DNA from: an uncultured Acidobacteriota bacterium
GTDB taxonomy: Bacteria; Acidobacteriota; Thermoanaerobaculia; Multivoradales; JAHEKO01
Reading direction: 5' to 3'
DNA length: 24,000 nt
Assembly (NCBI GenBank): GCA_963707075.1
Contig: CAVPOX010000016.1
Coordinates: forward strand, 5,960 to 29,959
Below the pieces are notes generated by a model, which saw only the letters and a program-made list of their open reading frames with translations, made no database searches and was not told the DNA's origin. Every line of letters starts with the position of its first letter. Positions within the stretch are counted from its first letter, which is position 1. Shown in pieces: positions 1-7,977 of this stretch. The position numbers and the translations under genes were made by a program.

Positions 1-680
1 GAAAGCAATAGCTGACTCTGCAATCCAGCATCGAGACCCACCCCATCAACCGCGGGCATCGGCGCACCCAGGGCAAAAGCCGCGAAAATCAGCGCCGCAA
101 TGATGGCGGCGTTCCAGAGCGCAGGTGCCATGTAGGAAATCAGGAACCGCCGATGGCTGTTGAGCACTCCCAGGGCCCACGCCGAAAGCACGAGGATCCC
201 CGTCATCGGGAAGATGATACGCACGGCCGAAACCGCCAGGGGAAATCGGTCTAGCGAAAGTTGTCCACTCGCCACCAGATCCGCATCGCCCAGATAGCCG
301 GGTGCCAGCAGTGCGACGATCGGCCGGGCCAATACGACTCCAACCAGACTGAACAGCGCGGCTGTTGCCACCAGCAGACCGAAGATCGCACCGGCAAACC
401 TGCCGGCATCCTCCTGCCTGTCCCGTGCAAGCAATCGCGAGTACACCGGAATGAACGAGGCCGAGAGTGTCTGCTCCCCGAGCAGGTTCTGCAGGAGATT
501 GGGCCCACGCAGGGCTGTCCGAAAGACATCGGCATGTGGCCCGGCGCCAAAAAAATAGGCCAATACCATCTCGCGCAGGAATCCAAACGCTCGACTGACG
601 GCGATACCCGCCGCCACCCGGCTGGCGCCTCCCCGCTGGGCCGGCACGTCAGGACGGCCATCTTCCAGTGCGGCTCCCAT
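1..680 (-). CDS. murJ: Lipid II flippase MurJ/MviN, N-terminal ~226 codons; the rest of the gene lies beyond the left window edge
   Basis: Absent from the ORF track because it has no stop in the window. My manual reverse translation from ATG (680..678) reads MGAALEDGRPDVPAQRGGASRVAAGIAVSRAFGFLREMVLAYFFGAGPHADVFRTALRGPNLLQNLLGEQTLSASFIPVYSRLLARD... This carries the MurJ N-terminal signature (SR..GF.RE, FGAG, PN.L, S.SFIPV) and is followed by hydrophobic TM-like segments. Track ORFs 251..772(-) and 261..731(+) are other frames of the same DNA and look non-protein-like. Confidence 0.85.
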   Translation of the reverse strand, partial: MGAALEDGRPDVPAQRGGASRVAAGIAVSRAFGFLREMVLAYFFGAGPHADVFRTALRGPNLLQNLLGEQTLSASFIPVYSRLLARDRQEDAGRFAGAIFGLLVATAALFSLVGVVLARPIVALLAPGYLGDADLVASGQLSLDRFPLAVSAVRIIFPMTGILVLSAWALGVLNSHRRFLISYMAPALWNAAIIAALIFAAFALGAPMPAVDGVGLDAGLQSQLLL

Positions 681-770
681 GAGGCCCAATTGTACGGGCT
701 AAGCGCACGTCGGCAACTCTCCAGGTCCTGAATTGGCGATTTTATTTTGAACTGTGGAAAAATCTCATGC
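681..770. promoter_or_regulatory. Divergent murJ / zinc-ribbon-gene intergenic region; presumed to hold both promoters
   Basis: A 90-bp spacer between two divergently oriented starts. It contains the most AT-rich patch I saw in the window (gattttattttgaactgtggaaaaatc). I could not assign convincing -35/-10 boxes. Confidence 0.3.
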
Positions 771-1268
771 ATGCCGATCTACGAGTTCTACTGCTCTGCC
801 TGCCATACCTTGTTCAACTTCTTCTCGTCGAAAATCGACACCACGTCGCGTCCACCGTGTCCGCGGTGTGAGCAACCAGATCTGGAAAAGCGCCCGGCCC
901 GTTTCGCCACGCTGAAACATGCGGGGGATGAAGCCCCCGATCCGTTTGGCGATTTGGACGAGGATCGGCTGGCCGGGGTCATGGAGTCGATGATGGGCGA
1001 GATCGAGGGGCTTGAAGAGAACGAGGATCCGCGACAGCTCGCCGGCCTGTTTCGCCGCTTCGGCGAGGCCTCGGGCCTCGAGTTCGGACCGCGGATGGAG
1101 GAGATGATGAGCCGCCTCGAAGCCGGCGAGGATCCCGACCGCCTGGAGGAAGAGATGGGCGACGATTTTTCCGAAGACGAGGCTTTCGAGGAGTTCTTCA
1201 GACTCCGCCGGAGCGCCTGGAAGTCGGAACGCCGACCGCAGGTCGACGAAAAGCTCTACTTCCTTTGA
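771..1268 (+). CDS. FmdB-family zinc-ribbon putative regulatory protein with a long acidic C-terminal tail
   Basis: The ORF track gives 747..1268 with a TTG start. The internal ATG at 771 gives MPIYEFYCSACHTLFNFF...PPCPRCEQPDLEK, which is the MP.YEY.C..C ... CP.C zinc-ribbon pattern of the FmdB family. The C-terminal ~110 aa are rich in D/E. Confidence 0.8.
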   Translation: MPIYEFYCSACHTLFNFFSSKIDTTSRPPCPRCEQPDLEKRPARFATLKHAGDEAPDPFGDLDEDRLAGVMESMMGEIEGLEENEDPRQLAGLFRRFGEASGLEFGPRMEEMMSRLEAGEDPDRLEEEMGDDFSEDEAFEEFFRLRRSAWKSERRPQVDEKLYFL

Positions 1269-1720
1269 GAATCCACCTCTACGTCGGTCTGCCGCTTGCG
1301 CGCGGCGAGCCGTACCATCGAGATCATCCCGTTGAGTCCCATGTTCTTGCCCATCGACAGCTCGCGGCCAAAAATCTCGTAAGGTAGATCGTCAGATACG
1401 CCTGCCAGAACCTCCAGCGGTTGCCCGGAGAGCGTCTCGGAAAGCACGACAGCCATCGCGCGGGCAGAGATTCCTTGCGGATTCTCCACCGCGAAGTACA
1501 AATCCAGGGTCCCGTCGTCGCGCGTCACGGGCCAGAAGTAGGCTTCGGATTCACAGTTCGGTATCAGGTGCCGCGAGTCGAAAGGACGCCGGGCTACCTC
1601 GGGGGGGACTTCACGAAAACGATCCGCGGTATCAATAAGCAGCTCGATCCGATCCTGACGACTCTCGAGCGAGGACAAGAGGGCGAGAAACCCCGCCAGT
1701 CTTTCGGGTGACTCTGTCAT
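1256..1720 (-). CDS. sufE: SufE-like cysteine desulfuration / sulfur acceptor protein
   Basis: 154-aa ORF. The motif LIPNCESEAYFW supplies the candidate persulfide-accepting Cys, and FAVENPQGISARAMAVVLSETLSGQPLEVL...FGRELSMGKNMGLNGM follows the SufE/CsdE domain pattern. It sits 12 bp downstream of the rhodanese gene on the same strand. Confidence 0.8.
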   Translation of the reverse strand: MTESPERLAGFLALLSSLESRQDRIELLIDTADRFREVPPEVARRPFDSRHLIPNCESEAYFWPVTRDDGTLDLYFAVENPQGISARAMAVVLSETLSGQPLEVLAGVSDDLPYEIFGRELSMGKNMGLNGMISMVRLAARKRQTDVEVDSQRK

Positions 1721-1732
1721 CGAACTGGCGCC

Positions 1733-2602
1733 TCAGCGCTCGACCGGTACGCCGACCAGGTTTCCCCACTCGGTCCAGCTGCCATCGTAGTTGCGAACGT
1801 TGGCAAAGCCCAGCAGGTGCGTCAGGACGAACCATGTATGACTGCTGCGCTCACCGATTCGACAATAGGCGACAACTTCCTCATCCGCCGCCAGCCCCTG
1901 TTCGACCAGATAGATCTGCTTCAACTCCTCCGCCGTCTTGAATGTTCCGTCCGCATTCACCGCCCTGGCCCACGGCACATTGCGGGCCCCTGGAATATGT
2001 CCTCCTCTGAGGGCCCCTTCGTTGGGGTAGTCGGGCATATGCAGACGCTCACCGGAGAACTCCTCGGGGCTGCGCACATCGACCAGCGCCTTGCCCACGC
2101 GGACATGCTCCAGAATCTGTTCGCGAAAGGCCCTGATAGGTGAATCATCGCGCGGTACCGCAGGATAGGTGCATGCGTCGACCTCTGGCACTTCACGGGT
2201 CAGCGGGCGACTCTCCTGCTCCCACTTCAAACGTCCACCGTCCATCAATCGAGCCCTGGAGTGACCGAAGAGCTGGAACACCCAGTAGGCGTAGGCAGCC
2301 CACCAGTTGTTCTTGTCGCCGTAGAAGATCACCGTGGTGTCCGGTGTTATCCCCATACGTCCGGCCAGCTCTGCAAAAGTAGCCGATTCGATGTAATCGC
2401 GTTGCAGGGGGTCGTTCAGATCGCGTGTCCAGTCGATTTCCACAGCCCCGGGAATATGGCCCGAGGGATAGACCAGCGGATCCTCGTTCGATTCGACGAT
2501 TCTAAGATCGGGATTGTCCAGGTTGTCCGCGACCCATTGGGTCGAAACCAGGACGTTGGCGTTGGCATAGCCACGCGCGGCGATTTCGATGGCATCTGAC
2601 AT
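1733..2602 (-). CDS. Two-domain rhodanese: thiosulfate / 3-mercaptopyruvate sulfurtransferase (CysA/SseB-like)
   Basis: 289 aa. The C-terminal domain carries the active-site loop [15 protein letters not shown], typical of actinobacterial-type CysA/SseB rhodaneses. The tandem rhodanese layout is visible from GHIPGA appearing in both halves. GGAGA Shine-Dalgarno upstream of the ATG at 2602. Confidence 0.9.
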   Translation of the reverse strand: MSDAIEIAARGYANANVLVSTQWVADNLDNPDLRIVESNEDPLVYPSGHIPGAVEIDWTRDLNDPLQRDYIESATFAELAGRMGITPDTTVIFYGDKNNWWAAYAYWVFQLFGHSRARLMDGGRLKWEQESRPLTREVPEVDACTYPAVPRDDSPIRAFREQILEHVRVGKALVDVRSPEEFSGERLHMPDYPNEGALRGGHIPGARNVPWARAVNADGTFKTAEELKQIYLVEQGLAADEEVVAYCRIGERSSHTWFVLTHLLGFANVRNYDGSWTEWGNLVGVPVER

Positions 2603-2703
2603 GCAATGTCTCCTCTCTTCCAGTGACCTCTATACGAAAGGATTTCAGGCTTGGTTCTCAGCCTGCTACGCTTTTCGTTGCCAACGACTCGGACACCTGA
2701 CTC

Positions 2704-3537
2704 ATGAAAGCTCTGATCGAAGACCTGGTGACCGCCTTCTCAGCCGTCAGTAACGGCAAGCTCCTGGTTGTGACAGGAGCCGGAATCAGCCGTGCGAGCG
2801 GTATTCCCACCTTTCGTGGCACCGAACCGGGAGCGATTTGGCGAACCAGCGATGTCACCCTGGCCACCTACGACTACTTCCAGCGCGACCCTGTCGGGCA
2901 GTGGCAATGGTATCTGAAACGATTCGCCGCAGTGCAGCAGGCAAAACCAAACGCCGCCCATCATGCCCTATCCGACCTCGAGCGCTGGTTTGTCGACCGC
3001 GGTGGGAACCTGGAGATCGTCACCCAGAATATCGACACCCTGCATGAGCGTGCCGGTTCCGAACACCTGATCAAGGTCCACGGCACCTCGGATCGGGTAC
3101 GCTGTTCCCGCAACGGTTGCGAATACGGGGCCCCAACCGGCTCCCTGGCGGTCTCGAAAGTCGACTTCTCGCCGTTCATCGCAGATCCGCAGTTGCAGAA
3201 TCTGCCCCGCTGTCCGGCTTGTCAAGCGATTTTGCGCGCACATGTCCTGTTCTTCGATGAGTACTATCTCGAGCACGTGGACTATCGCTTTCGCGACGTC
3301 GAGTCGTGGGCCATGGAGGCCGACGCGATCCTCTTCGTCGGCACCTCCTTCTCGGTCGGTGTAACAGATCACTTCCTGCAGGCGGGCACCAGCCGGGGCC
3401 TTCCCATGTTCTCCATCGACCCGGGCTCCCGGGGGACGATCTCGCCCTACCTGAAGGTCCTGGCAGCACCGGCTGAACAACTGCTCCCGGCCGTCTACGC
3501 GGTCCTCGCAGACGAATCGTCTGACCGGCCGCAATGA
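2704..3537 (+). CDS. Sir2-family NAD-dependent protein deacylase (sirtuin)
   Basis: 277 aa with GAGISRASGIPTFRG, TQNIDTLHERAGS and the catalytic-His context KVHG. The zinc-ribbon Cys pairs are CSRNGC ... CPAC, and GTSFSV is also present. All canonical sirtuin motifs are there. Confidence 0.9.
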   Translation: MKALIEDLVTAFSAVSNGKLLVVTGAGISRASGIPTFRGTEPGAIWRTSDVTLATYDYFQRDPVGQWQWYLKRFAAVQQAKPNAAHHALSDLERWFVDRGGNLEIVTQNIDTLHERAGSEHLIKVHGTSDRVRCSRNGCEYGAPTGSLAVSKVDFSPFIADPQLQNLPRCPACQAILRAHVLFFDEYYLEHVDYRFRDVESWAMEADAILFVGTSFSVGVTDHFLQAGTSRGLPMFSIDPGSRGTISPYLKVLAAPAEQLLPAVYAVLADESSDRPQ

Positions 3538-3577
3538 CCCGCATTTTGAACGATTCAGCCGTTAGAATCGGCTCCCC

Positions 3578-5113
3578 ATGACTTCTTCCCACGTCTCACT
3601 CGGCTCGCAACTCAGAAATGGCCGCCAGCCCGAACTGACTGCGGACCTGCTCGCACATCTCCTGGCCAACGAGTCCATTCCCGAGGAACGCCAGATCTTC
3701 GTCAATCGCACTCTCAGGCTGGAGAGCATTCGCCACGTTGGCTTCGATCTCGACTGGACGCTGGCCGACTACCAGCGACTGCCCCTGGAGCGACTGACCT
3801 TCGGCCTCGCCCTGGACCGCCTGGTGTCTCACAATGGGTACCCGGATGTCGCTCTGCGCGCCAAGTTTCGACCCAATTTCCCCAGGCGAGGCCTGATGAT
3901 CGACAAGGAGGCCGGGACGGTCCTGCGCATGAACCGTCATCGCTATGTCAACCCCGCCTTCTTTGGCCGGCAGCGACTGGGGAGACGAGAGCTCAAGAGG
4001 CTCTACAGATACGAGCCCAACCAACCGTCTAGCCGTCGGTTCTATCATCTCGATAGTCTGTTCGAACTGCCGGAGGCCAACCTGTACTCCGAGTTGATCG
4101 ATCTGGCCAACCGGGACGACGGTCACACTCTGCCCGGCCCCTGGCAGCTCTTCGACGACGTTCGGGCGGCGATCGATTGGGTCCATCGCCAGGGCTCTCT
4201 CAAGACCCGGGTCATGGCCGACATCGAGAGTTACCTGCAGAGGGACCCCGAAGTCGCCTACGCCTTGCTGCGGCTGGCCCTGGGCGGGCGTCGGCTTATT
4301 CTGCTGACCAACTCCGGCTGGGAGTACGCCAACGCCATCTGTTCGTTTCTCTTCGACGGTCTGCTGCCGGGCCTGCAGTCCTGGCGTGAGCTCTTCGACC
4401 TGGTACTCGTCGAAGCGCACAAACCCGAGTTCTTTCGCAGTGGGACAGCATTCATCGAGCTCGACACCGACGGGACCGAGATCGGCGCGTCCGCCGAGCC
4501 TTCCTGGGGACGGATCTACGGGCATGGCTCCCTGCAGGGCCTGATGAAGCTGATCAATGCACCCGGCGAGCAGGTGCTCTATGTCGGCGACCACATCTAC
4601 GGCGACATCGTCTCTTCGAAGCTCGAGTCGACGTGGCGGACTGCCCTGATCGTCAGTGAGCTCGAAGAGGAGATCGCCCGGCGTCGCCAACTCGCCGATG
4701 AGATCCAGCGAGACCGAGACCTCAAACAACGCCTCTCGGACCTTGGACACGAGATGGATCATCTGCGTGATCTCATGATGCTCTACCAACACCAGCACGA
4801 GCAGAGGCCCGAGGTCGAGAGTCAGGGGTGCGCGACCCTCCGAGAGCGTTACGAAAGCGTTATCGCCGAGCACCGAGAGGTGCTGCGCGACCAGGCTCAC
4901 TCTGCCGACCACACGGCTCGGCAGTTCAATCCCTACTGGGGCTCGTTCTTCAAGCAAGGCACCAGCAAGACACGTTTTGCCAGTCAGCTCGAAACCTACG
5001 CCTGTCTTTATACCTCGAGAGTCAGCAACTTCGCCTTCTATGGCAGCAATCACTACTTCCGGGTCACCCGTGACCCGATGATGCACGAGATTCTCGGCCA
5101 CCAGCTTCCGTGA
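3578..5113 (+). CDS. HAD-IG superfamily cytosolic 5'-nucleotidase (cN-II / NT5DC-like, Pfam 5_nucleotid type)
   Basis: 511 aa. IFVNRTLRLESIRHVGFDLDWTLADY gives the family N-terminal motif including the HAD DxDxT. VLYVGDHIYGDIVSSK gives HAD motif IV. The C-terminal FNPYWGSFFKQGTSKTRFASQLETYACLYTSRVSNF matches the conserved cN-II C-terminal block. Confidence 0.85.
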   Translation: MTSSHVSLGSQLRNGRQPELTADLLAHLLANESIPEERQIFVNRTLRLESIRHVGFDLDWTLADYQRLPLERLTFGLALDRLVSHNGYPDVALRAKFRPNFPRRGLMIDKEAGTVLRMNRHRYVNPAFFGRQRLGRRELKRLYRYEPNQPSSRRFYHLDSLFELPEANLYSELIDLANRDDGHTLPGPWQLFDDVRAAIDWVHRQGSLKTRVMADIESYLQRDPEVAYALLRLALGGRRLILLTNSGWEYANAICSFLFDGLLPGLQSWRELFDLVLVEAHKPEFFRSGTAFIELDTDGTEIGASAEPSWGRIYGHGSLQGLMKLINAPGEQVLYVGDHIYGDIVSSKLESTWRTALIVSELEEEIARRRQLADEIQRDRDLKQRLSDLGHEMDHLRDLMMLYQHQHEQRPEVESQGCATLRERYESVIAEHREVLRDQAHSADHTARQFNPYWGSFFKQGTSKTRFASQLETYACLYTSRVSNFAFYGSNHYFRVTRDPMMHEILGHQLP

Positions 5114-5211
5114 GTGCCGGGCAAAACTGCACCACGCTGCAAATCCTCGCTGCAGATAGAAAACGATGATCTGCTAGCCTTTGCTGAATTCGAGTATCGG
5201 AGGAATCCACC

Positions 5212-5832
5212 ATGCCTGATCAACTGGACCGTGCAACAGCTCTCGAGTTGATGACCGCCCATGTTGCGGCACCCGGTCTGCGGCGTCATATGCTGGCCGT
5301 CGAGGCGTCCATGCGCTTCTACGCCGAGCGCCTGGGTGAATCGGTCGAGCTCTGGGGCCTGGCCGGACTGCTGCACGATTATGACTGGGAGATCCACCCG
5401 ACTCTCGAAGATCACCCGGTAAAGGGAGTGCCTGCACTGCGTGAGGCCGGTTGTCCGGAAAGCGTCCTGCAAGCCATCCTGGCCCACAACACCGCTGGCA
5501 GCGGCGTCGAGCGTCAACATCCCATGGACTTCGCCCTACTGGCCTGCGATGAGATCACCGGCCTGATGATTGCTGCCGCCTTGATTCGCCCGAGCAAGGA
5601 CATCCGTGAGATGAAGCTCAAATCGGTCAGAAAACGCTGGAAGGAAAAGGCGTTCGCCGCCGGCGTGGACAGGGCAGAAGTCGAGAGCGCGACACGCGAG
5701 TTCAGCGATGTCTGTTTCGACGGGGAGCTCGAGCTTTGGGATCATGGCGCCAATGTGCTTGCGGCAATGCAGCAAGCCGCTGAACAGTTGGAGCTCGATG
5801 GGCGGTTGGCGAAGCCTCGCGACCCTGCCTGA
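5212..5832 (+). CDS. HD-domain metal-dependent phosphohydrolase (COG2316-like predicted hydrolase)
   Basis: 206 aa. H...LAGLLHDYDWE supplies the HD dyad, AILAHN a further His, and LLACDEITGLMIAAALIRP and KRWKEKAFAAGVDR match the stand-alone HD hydrolase family pattern. GGAGG Shine-Dalgarno upstream of the ATG at 5212. Confidence 0.8.
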   Translation: MPDQLDRATALELMTAHVAAPGLRRHMLAVEASMRFYAERLGESVELWGLAGLLHDYDWEIHPTLEDHPVKGVPALREAGCPESVLQAILAHNTAGSGVERQHPMDFALLACDEITGLMIAAALIRPSKDIREMKLKSVRKRWKEKAFAAGVDRAEVESATREFSDVCFDGELELWDHGANVLAAMQQAAEQLELDGRLAKPRDPA

Positions 5833-6629
5833 TCGACCTCGCCGACCACAGACTCCAGATCCTGTACCTGAATCTCCTCCAGAGTCACCGTGGAGATCAC
5901 TGGCCACTCGGCCACCGTCTCCGGGCTTATCTGCTCGACGCTCAGCCCTCGACCTTCGATGCCCCGGTTCTCCTGATCGAAAAAGAGGATCTCGCCGACT
6001 CGTTGGTAGTTGAATGCGCGGCGAAAGCGGAGTCCTCCGGGGTTACCGGCGAAACTGTAGGCGAACTGCTCCAGGCGACCAGTCTTTGGATCGAACCAGT
6101 ACAGGAACTCGTCATCGGCTCCGGGGCTGGAACCCGCAACAAAAGAGATCTTCACCTTTCGCAGGCTCCTGCCATGCCATATATCAGAACCCAGATCCTG
6201 TTTGACCACGCTCGGATCGTTGAGCCGAAAAGGCAGAAACACGAAGTAGATCCGTGCCATGACCCAGCTCCGGATGCGCGGCTCATCCGCCTTGCTTACC
6301 TCGACAGCCTCACCGTCTACCCGCAGCTCGACCAGGTCATTGGTTATACGCGCTCGTCGTTGGTGCTGTCCTGCCGGGCCCAGGACCTCGAGGTCGAACG
6401 ATCCTCCCAGGACCCGACTCCGCAACTCATAGCAACCCGACTTCGAGCACATCTTCAGCTGAGTGGAGCTCCGCGAATACTTCGCGCCTCCATGAAACGC
6501 GATCGACTTATCGACGATGTCCAGACGATGGACTTCTGCAGCCACGCCAACGTCATCTGCCAGAAAGAAGAGTGCTCCCAGAAGAAAAGCAAGGCGCGAT
6601 TCCCGCCTGCCACGACTCATCCAATTCAT
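5742..6629 (-). CDS. Secreted hypothetical protein (tentatively DUF6503-like)
   Basis: The track ORF 5742..6653 starts with TTG. The ATG at 6629 is preceded by GGAAGGGGTGAT (Shine-Dalgarno-like) and gives MNWMSRGRRESRLAFLLGALFFLA..., a plausible signal peptide. The blocks AFHGG, IYFVFLPFRLNDPSVV, DDEFLYWFDP and GGLRFRRAFNYQRVGEILF resemble my recollection of the DUF6503 family, but this is unverified. The last ~30 codons overlap the convergent HD gene. Confidence 0.65.
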   Translation of the reverse strand: MNWMSRGRRESRLAFLLGALFFLADDVGVAAEVHRLDIVDKSIAFHGGAKYSRSSTQLKMCSKSGCYELRSRVLGGSFDLEVLGPAGQHQRRARITNDLVELRVDGEAVEVSKADEPRIRSWVMARIYFVFLPFRLNDPSVVKQDLGSDIWHGRSLRKVKISFVAGSSPGADDEFLYWFDPKTGRLEQFAYSFAGNPGGLRFRRAFNYQRVGEILFFDQENRGIEGRGLSVEQISPETVAEWPVISTVTLEEIQVQDLESVVGEVDQAGSRGFANRPSSSNCSAACCIAASTLAP

Positions 6630-6772
6630 CTTTATCACCCCTTCCCTACCCAAGCTATGCCTATTCCGGCTACCGTTATGATAATCTCGCTAACTGCTGT
6701 AATAGCGCTTCGGCCTGCAGGTTCCCCTAAAACTCGAGAAGCGATCTTCACCGATCCCCAGCGAGTCACGTC

Positions 6773-7972
6773 ATGACGACAGAAGAAACTACGACGCAAG
6801 CCCCAGAGGCAGATTCAACCACGGGCCTCGAGAACGCGAGTCCAGCCCCCGAAGCGGAGGCTCCTCCCGAGGCCTCTGGAGGGGATCTTCGGCAGGCGTC
6901 GGAAGTGTCAGAAGAGGCAGTAGAGGTTCCGGATGTCGAGGTTCCGGATGTGGTCCCCACGCCGAACGCCTCGTCTGCAGAGAGCTCACAGACCCCGAAT
7001 GAGGAGGTCAGGGAAGCACCAGCGAAGGTCGAGGAGTCGCCCGCACAGCCCAAAGTCGAACCTGTTGCCGCGCCCGAACGGCCTGAAGTAGCCGCTCTGC
7101 GGCAGGCGAAGGAAGATCAGTCGGATGTCGAAGGCCGCGTCATCGGTTGGAATCGGGGCGGATTTCATGTTGTCATCGGCGGAATCACCGCTTTCTGCCC
7201 GCGCTCCGAGATGGAGCTCGGGCATCCCAGGTCACCCAAGGAATACCTGGATCAGAGCTTTCCCTTCCGGGTCTTGAAGGTCCAGAAGCGAGGGCGCCGC
7301 GTGGTGGTTTCGCGCACGGCTTCGCTCAAGTCCGAGAGATCGAAGCTGCGCGACGAAAGACGACAAGAGATCGAAGCCGGGGCCACTCTCGAGGGCCGCG
7401 TCGCCTCGCTCACCGATTTCGGAGCCTTTGTCGATCTGGGCGCGGGGATCCAGGGTCTGGTTCACATCTCCGAGATCAGTCATCAGCGAATCGAGAAGCC
7501 ACAGGATGTTCTCGAAGTCGGGCAGGAAATCAACGTCAAGGTGCTGGCGGTCGAGAAGGGCGGCAAGAGGATTTCTTTGTCGATGCGTGCCCTCGAATCG
7601 AATCCCTGGTCCGATATCAGCGATCGCTTCCCGGTCGGTACTATCATCAGCGGCAAGGTCCAGAGGACCACCCGTCACGGTGCAGTCATCGAGCTGGCAC
7701 CCGGTATCACTGGCCTGTTGCCCACCTCGGCCATGTCACTGCCGCCCGACGCCTCCGTCGCCCGCGCATTTCCGCCGGGTCGGGACGTCTCCCTGCAAAT
7801 TGTCAATATCGACGATCGGCGCCACCGTATATCGCTGGCACCCGAGGGATCGGCCGTCGAGGGCACCTGGCATGACTTCCAGTCCTACCGCAAGGGGCAG
7901 GGAGAGGAAAAGGGCCAGGGCTTCAACGCCCTCGCTGATGCCCTGAAAAAAGCGCAGATCGACGCCGATTGA
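6773..7972 (+). CDS. S1 RNA-binding domain protein (three S1 repeats) with a ~118-aa acidic/Pro-rich N-terminal extension
   Basis: 399 aa. Three S1-like units are visible: VEGRVIGWNRGGFHVVIGGITAFCPRSEM; LEGRVASLTDFGAFVDLGAGIQGLVHISEISHQRI...INVKVLAVEKGGKRISLSMR; ISGKVQRTTRHGAVIELAPGITGLLPTSAM. The start is uncertain because there is no clear Shine-Dalgarno before 6773. Confidence 0.8.
   Translation: MTTEETTTQAPEADSTTGLENASPAPEAEAPPEASGGDLRQASEVSEEAVEVPDVEVPDVVPTPNASSAESSQTPNEEVREAPAKVEESPAQPKVEPVAAPERPEVAALRQAKEDQSDVEGRVIGWNRGGFHVVIGGITAFCPRSEMELGHPRSPKEYLDQSFPFRVLKVQKRGRRVVVSRTASLKSERSKLRDERRQEIEAGATLEGRVASLTDFGAFVDLGAGIQGLVHISEISHQRIEKPQDVLEVGQEINVKVLAVEKGGKRISLSMRALESNPWSDISDRFPVGTIISGKVQRTTRHGAVIELAPGITGLLPTSAMSLPPDASVARAFPPGRDVSLQIVNIDDRRHRISLAPEGSAVEGTWHDFQSYRKGQGEEKGQGFNALADALKKAQIDAD
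6923..6952 (+). repeat. Near-perfect 2 x 15-bp tandem duplication inside the S1-protein N-terminal extension
   Basis: gaggttccggatgtc (6923..6937) is followed directly by gaggttccggatgtg (6938..6952). This encodes EVPDV-EVPDV. Confidence 0.9.
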
Positions 7973-7977
7973 AACTA

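Noticed and set aside
251-772. Track ORFs 251..772(-) and 261..731(+) at the left edge
   Set aside because: Their W/R/C/P-rich translations are not protein-like. A third frame on the minus strand, not listed because it runs off the window, encodes a clear MurJ N-terminus.
2704-3537. Sir2 protein as a possible antiphage NADase (Thoeris ThsA / DSR / SIR2-HerA type)
   Set aside because: It is short (277 aa) and has the full deacylase motif set, including the zinc ribbon. It is not fused or adjacent to SLOG, HerA, pAgo, TIR or similar partners. It looks like a housekeeping sirtuin.
3596-5101. 501-aa minus-strand ORF spanning almost the whole 5'-nucleotidase gene; could be taken for a giant overlapping gene
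   Set aside because: It is exactly codon-aligned with the plus-strand gene, the frame whose stops correspond to sense TTA/CTA/TCA, which are rare in high-GC genomes. Its translation is low-complexity (V/G/L/E/Q/P-rich) with no recognisable motifs. The plus-strand product matches a known family end to end.
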